From Candidatus Micrarchaeia archaeon (GTDB taxonomy: Archaea > Micrarchaeota > Micrarchaeia > Burarchaeales > Fermentimicrarchaeaceae): 64,000 nt of DNA. This document shows, piece by piece, positions 36,079-44,038 of this stretch; position 1 is the first letter of the stretch; each line of letters begins with the position of its first letter. The notes under the pieces are model-generated. The model searched no databases, was not told the DNA's origin, and saw nothing but the letters and a program-made list of their open reading frames with translations. The stretch lies in the NCBI GenBank assembly GCA_038871515.1, contig JAVZHX010000001.1:96001-160000 (forward strand), given 5' to 3'. The translations under genes were made by a program, and so were the position numbers.

Positions 36079-39000
36079 ATGGCCGAGGATATAACCCTCA
36101 TAGTTGATGAATTCGAAAGATTTTTTGATACTTTCTGCAAGGAAAGGTTAGAGGAGCTTTTTGAAAAATACCCGGAGAAAAGAAGTTTGGAAGTTGATTT
36201 TGTTGAGCTCAGCAAGTACAACAGCAGAATTGCAGACACTCTTCTCACCAAACCAGATATGATGATAAGAGCTGCTGTTGAAGCGCTGAAAAGGATGGCG
36301 ATGCCATCCCAGTATGAAGTTCCTTTTGAACCCCACGTTCGCTTCTACAATCTGCCTGAGCAGAGTAGGCCGATGATTCAGGATATTGGGGCGGATCATG
36401 TTGGAAATTTAATTTGTGTTGATGGTTTGATAACGAAAAGAACAGAGATAAGGCCGAAGGTAAGGATAATGGTGCTCAGATGCCCCTACTGCGAGCACAT
36501 TGAGAAGGTGCCGATTGATAGGGGTGTTGTGATACCGGAAACGTGCTCAAGCTGCAAGAGGAGAGGTTTGCAGCATGATGAGGAGGAATCGCGCTTCGTC
36601 AACCTTCAGAAGCTTGAGGCACAGGAGCCGCTTGAGAGGATAAGGGGGGGAGCGCAGGCAAGCCATATTGAGGTTTGGCTGGAGGATGATTTGGTAAACA
36701 CAGTCAGCCCAGGGCAGAGGGTTGAGATAACTGGCGTGCTGAGGATAAGGCCTTTTGCTGAGGGAAGAGGAGCTTCAAGAACAGTTTATTCAAAGTATCT
36801 GGATGCGGTTCATCTGAGGAGGGTGGAGAAGGAGTTTGAGGAAGTTGATATAACGAAGGAGGATGAGAGAAGGATAGTTGAGCTATCCAAGGATCCTGCG
36901 ATATATCAAAAAATAATCGGCTCAATTGCACCCTCAATATACGGGCATGATGAGGTGAAGGAGGCGCTTGCGCTTCAGCTTTTTGGTGGAACACCTAATA
37001 AAAGGTTGTCCGATGGGGGAATGATAAGAAGCGATATACATGTTCTGTTGATAGGTGACCCCGGTATCTCAAAAACGAGAATGCTGCAGTATATTGCAAA
37101 CCTCGCCCCAAAAAGCATTTATGTAAGCGGAAAAGCAGTTACCTCTGCTGGTTTAACTGCAACTGCTGAGAAGGATGAGCTTGGTGACGGTGGATGGACT
37201 CTGAAGGCAGGTGCGCTTGTTCTTGCTTCGGGAGGAGTTGGGTGTATTGATGAATTTGACAAAGTGAAAGAGGAGGAGATGGCTGCGCTACATGAAGCGA
37301 TGGAAAGTCAAAGTTACCATCCGGAAACCAAACTGATGTTTGCTGATGGAAAGGAGAGGAGGATGGGGGAGTTTGTTGAGGAGTTGATGCGTTTAAACCC
37401 TGAAGAGGTGATTGAAGGAAAGGATTGTTTAATCCTTAAACCTAAAGGTAAGTACAGGGTGCTCACAACAGATTTCAACAAGATTTATGGGGTGGAGATA
37501 AGTCAGGTAAGCAAGCATAAAGCACCAGCTTATTTCATCAGAGTTAAACTTCAGACTGGGAGAGAACTTCTTGTAACCCCCGAGCATCCATTTTGGGTTA
37601 TTGAAGACGGCGAGATTAAGACTGTTGACGCTGAAAAGTTGAGAGAAGGAGACTTCATTCCAATGCCGAAGTATCTCCCAATAGAGCATGAAGAGGATGA
37701 GTATGGCAAGGAGTTTTACAGGTTTCTTGGTTACCACATAACTGATGGGTGCTATGAGCTCAACAGACATGTGAAGAACGGCATAAACTTTTCAAACAAA
37801 AATCAGGAGCTTGTGGAGGATTATGTTGGTATAACTAATGAAATATTTGGCTCAAGATGCTATATTCAACAGAATGGAAGGACTGGTGTTACAAATGCGA
37901 GAATTGTGTCTATGCCAGTTGTAAGATACCTCTCTTCAATTGACCCAAGCCTGCTTGGCAAAGGAACCTCCAAGAAATTGCCAAGTCAATTCCTAAGCGC
38001 TAGTGATGAGAAAATAAAGGAATTTCTTAGGGCAACGTATGAAGGAGATGGGTCGTTCAGCAAGAATACGGTAAGCTTGGTTTGCGAGAATAAGGAGTTT
38101 GTTGAGCAGATCCAGACGCTACTCCTAAGGTTTGGAATCAGATCGCATATATTTAAGGATGGAAAAGTTTATCGTATAACAGTTAATGGGGAGAATAACC
38201 TTACAGCTTTCTACGATAAAGTTGGCTTCATCTCTAAGGAGAAAAATTCTAAGTTGCTTGCATATTTGAAAAAGAAAAAATCCTACAGAACAACTACGGA
38301 TGTTATACCAAATTCTGAGAAGAAGGTATGCGAGTTGCTCAGAGAACTCAAAATTCACAGCAGTAAACTGCTCTCCTCATCTTTGACACCTAATTTTTCA
38401 AATAAATATAATTTCACAAGGAAAAGTTTTGAGAAAATTGTTCGTAGGATGAATGAAAAAATTTGTGAGATAAAAGAGGCAGTCTCAAAAGTGGAAATGG
38501 CAGAGTCAATGGAGGAGTTGATAAAGATTAGAAAATCTCTTAATTTTTCCCAACACGACATTGCGGGAGGAGATGAGAGACTGAGGCATCTCATTTCATA
38601 CTACGAGACGAGGAATACGAAAATTGATAGGTGCAGAGAACTTTTGAGGGAATGCTGTTTGAGGAAGTTGAAAGTTGAAAAGGAAGTTGAGAAGCTGAAT
38701 AGGTTAGTGGAGAGCGATATCAGATGGTGTAAGGTAATCTCTGTCAGCAGAGTTAAGAATAAGGACACTGAATGGGTTTATGATGTCACAGTTGAGCCAA
38801 CCAAGACGTTCATATCTGAGTGCGCAGTCCTGCACAACACAATCTCGGTTGCAAAAGCGGGCATAGTTGCAAAGTTCAAAGCAAAAACTTCAATTCTCGC
38901 GGCAGCCAACCCAAAATACGGGAGGTTTGACCCCACAAGGTATCCTGCGGAGCAGTTTGACATTCCCCCAACAATTCTCTCAAGGTTTGATTTGATTTTC

Positions 39001-39678
39001 CCAATAAAGGATATACTTGATGAGGAGAAGGATAGGAAGCTCGCAAGCTTCATACTTGACCAGCACGTTGCTGCTGGAAGGAGAGTTGAGAAAACAATAA
39101 GTGAAGAGGAGGAAGTGAAACCGCCAATAGACACTGAGCTGCTGAGAAAATACATCGCATACAGCAGAAAGAAAATTACGCCTGTGCTCACACCAGAGGC
39201 AAATGAAAAAATAAAGGAGTATTATGTTGAGTTAAGAAAAATTGGGGCAACGCAGGGAGCTGTTCCAATAACCCCAAGGTATATTGAGGGGATGGTGAGG
39301 CTTGCTGAAGCAAGCGCAAAAACAAGGTTGAGCAACAGAGTTGAGCTTGTTGATGCTGAGAGGGCAATAAGGCTGATGGATTTCATGCTGAAGTCAATCA
39401 CAATGGATAGGGGGTTGGGAAGAATAGACATAGATATAATTGCAACTGGACAGCCAAAGTCAAAAGCAGACAGAATAAGAAATGTGCTTGACATAGTGAA
39501 GGAGCTGGAGAAGGAGTATGATTTGGTTGAAATAGAAAAAGTTGTTGAGGAGGCAAAGAAGTATGGTTTGGATGAAGCAACAACAAGGAAGGTGATTGAT
39601 GAAATGCTGAGAAAAACAGGTGAGTTATATGAACCAAAGCATGGGCACGTGAAAGTTGTTAGGCCGAAGGTGGAGTGA
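36079..39678 (+). CDS. mcm: MCM replicative helicase, intein-containing precursor
   Basis: Zn finger, IAPSIYGH, Walker A GDPGISKT, AGALVLA, CIDEFDK, AAANPKYGRFD, arginine finger SRFD, ITPR. Confidence 0.97.
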   Translation: MAEDITLIVDEFERFFDTFCKERLEELFEKYPEKRSLEVDFVELSKYNSRIADTLLTKPDMMIRAAVEALKRMAMPSQYEVPFEPHVRFYNLPEQSRPMIQDIGADHVGNLICVDGLITKRTEIRPKVRIMVLRCPYCEHIEKVPIDRGVVIPETCSSCKRRGLQHDEEESRFVNLQKLEAQEPLERIRGGAQASHIEVWLEDDLVNTVSPGQRVEITGVLRIRPFAEGRGASRTVYSKYLDAVHLRRVEKEFEEVDITKEDERRIVELSKDPAIYQKIIGSIAPSIYGHDEVKEALALQLFGGTPNKRLSDGGMIRSDIHVLLIGDPGISKTRMLQYIANLAPKSIYVSGKAVTSAGLTATAEKDELGDGGWTLKAGALVLASGGVGCIDEFDKVKEEEMAALHEAMESQSYHPETKLMFADGKERRMGEFVEELMRLNPEEVIEGKDCLILKPKGKYRVLTTDFNKIYGVEISQVSKHKAPAYFIRVKLQTGRELLVTPEHPFWVIEDGEIKTVDAEKLREGDFIPMPKYLPIEHEEDEYGKEFYRFLGYHITDGCYELNRHVKNGINFSNKNQELVEDYVGITNEIFGSRCYIQQNGRTGVTNARIVSMPVVRYLSSIDPSLLGKGTSKKLPSQFLSASDEKIKEFLRATYEGDGSFSKNTVSLVCENKEFVEQIQTLLLRFGIRSHIFKDGKVYRITVNGENNLTAFYDKVGFISKEKNSKLLAYLKKKKSYRTTTDVIPNSEKKVCELLRELKIHSSKLLSSSLTPNFSNKYNFTRKSFEKIVRRMNEKICEIKEAVSKVEMAESMEELIKIRKSLNFSQHDIAGGDERLRHLISYYETRNTKIDRCRELLRECCLRKLKVEKEVEKLNRLVESDIRWCKVISVSRVKNKDTEWVYDVTVEPTKTFISECAVLHNTISVAKAGIVAKFKAKTSILAAANPKYGRFDPTRYPAEQFDIPPTILSRFDLIFPIKDILDEEKDRKLASFILDQHVAAGRRVEKTISEEEEVKPPIDTELLRKYIAYSRKKITPVLTPEANEKIKEYYVELRKIGATQGAVPITPRYIEGMVRLAEASAKTRLSNRVELVDAERAIRLMDFMLKSITMDRGLGRIDIDIIATGQPKSKADRIRNVLDIVKELEKEYDLVEIEKVVEEAKKYGLDEATTRKVIDEMLRKTGELYEPKHGHVKVVRPKVE
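37312..38838 (+). mobile_element. Intein (509 aa) with LAGLIDADG homing endonuclease in MCM
   Basis: EAMESQ|SYHPET...VTPEHPF...VYDVTVEPTKTFI...LHN|TISVAKAG; LAGLIDADG-like FLGYHITDG and FLRATYEGDG. Removal restores MESQTISVAKAG. Confidence 0.95.
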
Positions 39679-40523
39679 TGGATAGGAATATAATGAAAAT
39701 AGTTGTGATGTTTCTTGCAGCCCAGTTTCTTGGGTTGTTTGTTGGAATTCAGCTGATAGGTGAACCAACCTACCAGGATTGGAATATTACGCCGAACAGA
39801 CAGCCTGGCGATGTTGGAAACTCAGTGATTTTTCTCGTGTATGTTGTTGTCACAGCTCTTATCATTGTTGTTGTAATAAAGTATTTGAAATGGGCTGCTT
39901 TCCTCTTTAAACTGCTTGAGTTTTTTATGATATTTGTTGCATCCTCAGTTGTCTTCTTCGTTATTCTCGCTTACTTCCAGTCCCCTTATGTATACGAGCT
40001 AACTCTTCTGCTTTCAGTTGGTTTGGCTCTTTTCAAATTCCTCTACCCAAAAATAAAAAATATCACAGCGATAATTGCAAGCGCAGCAGTTGGCGCTCTT
40101 TTTGGTTTCTCATTTGATATTGTTCCCTCTCTTCTCCTTATTGCGATGATTTCCCTGTATGATTTTGCAGCAGTTTTTGTTACAAAGCACATGGTGTATA
40201 TGGCAAAGGAGCTGAGTAAGATGGATTTATCCTTCTCAGTTTCAAGCAAGGAGAGAAGATATGTTAAAGAGAAGAAGAGGGAGGAGGAACTGCTTGTTGA
40301 GCTTGGAAGCGGGGATATGGCAATTCCGCTTATGCTTGCCGTTTCTGCTTATAAAATAAGCTTCAGTTTGGTTGACTCGCTTGCTGTTACTTTTGGAACA
40401 ACTCTTGGGCTTGTGTTTGTGCTGCATTATGTGACTACAAGGAGAGTTTTCCTCCCAGCACTTCCTCCTCTATGCTTTTTTGGAGTGCTTTCTCTTTTTT
40501 TGGCAAGGGTGCTTCTTCACTGA
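39678..40523 (+). CDS. Presenilin/signal-peptide-peptidase-like GxGD intramembrane aspartyl protease
   Basis: Multi-TM; LYDFAAV, LGSGD, LPALP. Confidence 0.9.
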   Translation: MDRNIMKIVVMFLAAQFLGLFVGIQLIGEPTYQDWNITPNRQPGDVGNSVIFLVYVVVTALIIVVVIKYLKWAAFLFKLLEFFMIFVASSVVFFVILAYFQSPYVYELTLLLSVGLALFKFLYPKIKNITAIIASAAVGALFGFSFDIVPSLLLIAMISLYDFAAVFVTKHMVYMAKELSKMDLSFSVSSKERRYVKEKKREEELLVELGSGDMAIPLMLAVSAYKISFSLVDSLAVTFGTTLGLVFVLHYVTTRRVFLPALPPLCFFGVLSLFLARVLLH

Positions 40524-40555
40524 GGTTTATAAATTGATGCATGCATAATTACCTC

Positions 40556-40960
40556 ATGGAATATGAGAAACTCTTGGAGAGAGCTTACTCAATGTTGCCT
40601 GACAAATCAAGCAGCGGAGCGAGGTTTGAGATGCCGGTTATAGATAGTTTCACCCAGGGGAATAAGACAATAATAAAGAATTTTGATGAGATTGCGCAGC
40701 AGTTGAGAAGAGAATCAAGGGAGCTTGTCAAATACTTTTCAAGAGAGCTGGCCGTACCAGTTACGGTTGAAAGTGGAAGGGCAGTGCTTCAGGGAAGATT
40801 TAATGAAAGGTTTTTGAATGAAAAGCTGCAGAGGTATGTGAAACTATCCGTTTTTTGCAAGGAGTGCGGAAAAGCGGATACAAAGATAATTGAGGTTGAG
40901 AGAGGAGTGAAGATGATTGTTTGCGAGGCGTGCGGGGCGAGGTTTCCCGTGAGGGTTTAG
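40556..40960 (+). CDS. eif2b: Translation initiation factor aIF2 beta subunit
   Basis: YEKLLERAY, GNKTII-NF, C-x-ECGK-DT, CEACGA. Confidence 0.95.
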   Translation: MEYEKLLERAYSMLPDKSSSGARFEMPVIDSFTQGNKTIIKNFDEIAQQLRRESRELVKYFSRELAVPVTVESGRAVLQGRFNERFLNEKLQRYVKLSVFCKECGKADTKIIEVERGVKMIVCEACGARFPVRV

Positions 40961-40961
40961 C

Positions 40962-41246
40962 ATGGAAGAGGAGGAAATTGGAAGGGTGAGAGTGCCAAGA
41001 AAAGGAGAGATTTTGGGAGTGGTTATTGGGATGATGGGGGCTAGCAGGATGCTTGTTGACTGCGCGGATGGGAAGGAGAGGTTGTGCAGGATACCTGGAA
41101 AGATAAAGAGGAAGGTGTGGGTTAAGAATGAGGATGTGGTGCTCATTAAACCATGGGATGTTGAGCCAGATAAGAAAGGGGATTTGGTTTGGAGGTATAC
41201 GAAATTGCAGGCGGAGTGGCTGAGGAAGAATGGTTACTTCAAGTGA
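40962..41246 (+). CDS. eif1a: Translation initiation factor aIF1A
   Basis: C-DGKERLCRIPGK, W...D-V-x-PW, KGD-VWRY. Confidence 0.95.
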   Translation: MEEEEIGRVRVPRKGEILGVVIGMMGASRMLVDCADGKERLCRIPGKIKRKVWVKNEDVVLIKPWDVEPDKKGDLVWRYTKLQAEWLRKNGYFK

Positions 41247-41282
41247 TGGTTGCATGGTGGGAGCTTCTCATAAGGTGAGAAA

Positions 41283-42047
41283 ATGGTGAGAAGGCTCTCA
41301 AAAAAGAAAATGCCCCCCAGGGAGGTTAAGCAGCTGAAGGAAAGGAAGAAAATAGAGTCGTATGTTTTTGATAAATACACTTTACTTGTTCTTTGGGAGA
41401 TGCTGAATAAGAAAATAATTGAAAGTTTGGATTACCCTGTTGCGAGCGGTAAGGAGGCAGTTGTCTTCCGCGCAACCACTGGGGAGAAGTTTGAGGGGGA
41501 GGAGGAGTATGTTGCTGTGAAAGTGTATAAAATTGAAACGAGTGATTTTGTGAGAATGCAGGAATACATAAGAGGCGACCCTCGCTTCTTTGGAGTGAAA
41601 AATGTGAAAAGGGAGATTGTTTACGCTTGGACGAAGAAGGAGTTCAGAAACCTTCAGATATGTGAGGAGGCGGGCGTTCCAGCTCCCGCTCCGTATATTT
41701 TCAGAAACAACGTTTTGGTTATGGAGTTTCTGGGGGAGGAGGGAATTCCTGATTCTCTGCTTGTTGATGTTGGAAGCAACAACCCTGAAAAAGACTGCGA
41801 TGCGCTTCTTGAGTATGTGAAAAAACTGTATAAAAGAAGATTTGTGCATGCTGATATAAGCGAGTTCAACGTTCTGATGCACCGCGATGTTCCTTATTTA
41901 ATAGATGTTGGGCAGGGAGTGCTTCTTGACCACCCGAAAGCAGAGGAGTTTTTGAGAAGAGACGTTGAAAATATACTGAGGTATTTCAGGCGTTATGGAA
42001 TTGAAAGGGATGAAGGGGAAGTGGTGGAGTGGGTGAAGGGTGTTTAA
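41283..42047 (+). CDS. rio1: RIO1 family serine/threonine kinase
   Basis: SGKEAVVF, AVKVY, Y-x-GDPRF, W-KEFRNL, HADISEFN, IDVGQ. Confidence 0.95.
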   Translation: MVRRLSKKKMPPREVKQLKERKKIESYVFDKYTLLVLWEMLNKKIIESLDYPVASGKEAVVFRATTGEKFEGEEEYVAVKVYKIETSDFVRMQEYIRGDPRFFGVKNVKREIVYAWTKKEFRNLQICEEAGVPAPAPYIFRNNVLVMEFLGEEGIPDSLLVDVGSNNPEKDCDALLEYVKKLYKRRFVHADISEFNVLMHRDVPYLIDVGQGVLLDHPKAEEFLRRDVENILRYFRRYGIERDEGEVVEWVKGV

Positions 42048-42104
42048 TCCATTATACGCAATTATTTATAAACTTTAAATGAGCAAATTACTCGGTGGTA
42101 GCTT

Positions 42105-42740
42105 ATGGTCGTAGCTGTTAGGGAGGAGCTTACAAAACATCACGGGGAGGAAGCTGCGAAGGTTGTTGAGGAGATAAGAGGAAAGTCAAATGAGGTTATA
42201 AAGGATAGGATGAGGGAGTTTGTCAAGGAAAATGGCTCAAACACTCAGAAGGTTATGGGAGTAAACGGTGCGCTGCTTGAGGGTTTTAGAAGGGCGAAGG
42301 ACAACAACCAGAAAGCAACGTATGGAAGCGGTGTTATCTATCTTGCTTCAAGCATGAATGAGAGAGCGGAGGAGCTGGTGAAGCAGCTTGGGGAGATAAA
42401 TGAGAGTATTAAGAAGAAGGGTGAATCTCCCCAGTGGGTTGTCCCAAGGGAGAAGAAAATTGAGGATATGAATGGTTTCTACCATGATTTGCTTGGGATG
42501 AATATAACAAAGAATACTGAAAGTATGCTGAAAATAAGGAATGGTGCGCTGCCTGTTGAGAGCACAGAGGGGTTTATGAAAGTGCTGCTTGATGCTTATT
42601 ACAGAAGCGATTATGCGGTTGGAATAAAAAATGTGATAGATGGAGTTGTATACAACCTTTCTTTGGGAATAGATGAGATTCAGGATAGAATAAACAGAGC
42701 AAAAAACCAGCACGAGTTTGCAGGCTTAAAAGTGAAGTGA
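42105..42740 (+). CDS. Hypothetical protein (helical, charged)
   Basis: 211-aa ORF with its own TTTATAAA box and GGTGG RBS; genome-typical codon use; no recognised motif. Confidence 0.65.
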   Translation: MVVAVREELTKHHGEEAAKVVEEIRGKSNEVIKDRMREFVKENGSNTQKVMGVNGALLEGFRRAKDNNQKATYGSGVIYLASSMNERAEELVKQLGEINESIKKKGESPQWVVPREKKIEDMNGFYHDLLGMNITKNTESMLKIRNGALPVESTEGFMKVLLDAYYRSDYAVGIKNVIDGVVYNLSLGIDEIQDRINRAKNQHEFAGLKVK

Positions 42741-43376
42741 TTACTTATACCCAAACTCCCCAATTAATGGAACGAAAACAACTGGCAGAAGGTTTGAAGT
42801 TTGTATTTCACTTCCTGTTTTTACAACAAGCTGCAAATCCTGGAACATCCTTGAGCCTACTGGAATCACCATCTTCCCTTCCTCTTTCAGTTGCTCCGCT
42901 AATGGCTTTGGTATTGAAGGGGAAGCAGCTGTGACAATTATTCTGTCATACGGAGCTTCTTTCGGGTATCCTTTGGTTCCATCCCCCTCTATGAATTTTA
43001 TGTTCGCATACCCAAGCTTCTCAACGTTTTTCTTTGCAAATTCTATAAGCTGAGGAATTCTTTCCACCGTGTAAACAACTCCAGATTCTCCAACAAGCTC
43101 CGCGAGTATTGCAGCCTGGTAACCGCTTCCAGAGCCAATTTCAAGTATTTTCATCCCTTCCTTTACATCAAGCGATTTGCTCATAAACGCAACGATGCTT
43201 GGTGCTGAAATTGTTTGCCCAAACCCGATTGGCAACGGCGTGTCGGAATACGCGTTTCGCATATATTCCTCTGGAACGAACAGCTCACGCGGCACTTTCT
43301 TCATCGCAGCTGCAACTCTCTCATCAGCATACCCCTGGGAGAAAAGCAGCTCGATCATCTCCTCATTTTTATCCAT
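42741..43376 (-). CDS. pcm: Protein-L-isoaspartate O-methyltransferase
   Basis: VPRELFVP, AY-D-PLPIG-GQTISAP, LEIGSGSGYQAA, APYDRI-VTA, FVPLIG. Confidence 0.96.
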   Translation of the reverse strand: MDKNEEMIELLFSQGYADERVAAAMKKVPRELFVPEEYMRNAYSDTPLPIGFGQTISAPSIVAFMSKSLDVKEGMKILEIGSGSGYQAAILAELVGESGVVYTVERIPQLIEFAKKNVEKLGYANIKFIEGDGTKGYPKEAPYDRIIVTAASPSIPKPLAEQLKEEGKMVIPVGSRMFQDLQLVVKTGSEIQTSNLLPVVFVPLIGEFGYK

Positions 43377-43415
43377 ATTTTTTATTTTTCACGCAGGGGA
43401 TTAATAACTTTCCCC

Positions 43416-43487
43416 ACAAGAGAAAAAAACGTTTTTTATTTGTTTTACCGACGGAAAATTGATAAAAAGTTTTTTATATTCTCTTGT
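43416..43487. repeat. Imperfect AT-rich inverted repeat (about 35-nt arms) in the divergent pcm / KH-protein intergenic region
   Basis: ACAAGAGAA...TTTTACCG-A-CGGAAAA...TTCTCTTGT; the arms are reverse-complementary with small bulges. Confidence 0.6.
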
Positions 43488-43507
43488 TCAAATAGTAATG
43501 TGAGAGA

Positions 43508-44038
43508 ATGCAAGTGGTGAGAATTCCGAGCGAGAGAGTGCCAGTGCTCATAGGGAAGAACGGTGATGTGAAGAGAAAAATTGAGAGGAAGGGAAGAGTA
43601 AAACTAAAAGTGGATGAGGAGGGAGAAGTAGAAATAAATGGGAAGGAAAGCGTGGATGAGTGGAAAGCAACAGAGGTTGTGAAGGCAATTGGGAGGGGTT
43701 TTAACCCTGAGAAAGCATTCAAGTTGTTCAGCGATGAGTTCTACCTCAAGATAATTGACTTGAAGCAGATATTTGGAAGCGAGAAAGAGATAACGAGGTA
43801 TAAGGGAAGGGTGATAGGGAAAGCAGGGAAAGCAAAAAGAGTAATTGAGGAGACCAGTGGAGCTGACCTGTGCATATATGGGAAGACAGTTGCCATAATC
43901 GGCAGGTTGGATGAGGTTGGTTTGGCAGAGGATGCAGTAAGCAGATTGCTTGAGGGTTCAAGCCACGCGAAGGTGTACTCACTGCTTGAGAAAGGAAGGA
44001 GGAGGATGAGGGAGGAGAGATTATGGGAGATGAAGTGA
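43508..44038 (+). CDS. KH-domain ribosome-biogenesis protein (Dim2/Pno1/Krr1 family)
   Basis: LIGKNG, KAIGRGF-PE-A, KGRVIGKAG, IYGKTVAIIG, G-x-H-x-VY. Confidence 0.92.
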   Translation: MQVVRIPSERVPVLIGKNGDVKRKIERKGRVKLKVDEEGEVEINGKESVDEWKATEVVKAIGRGFNPEKAFKLFSDEFYLKIIDLKQIFGSEKEITRYKGRVIGKAGKAKRVIEETSGADLCIYGKTVAIIGRLDEVGLAEDAVSRLLEGSSHAKVYSLLEKGRRRMREERLWEMK

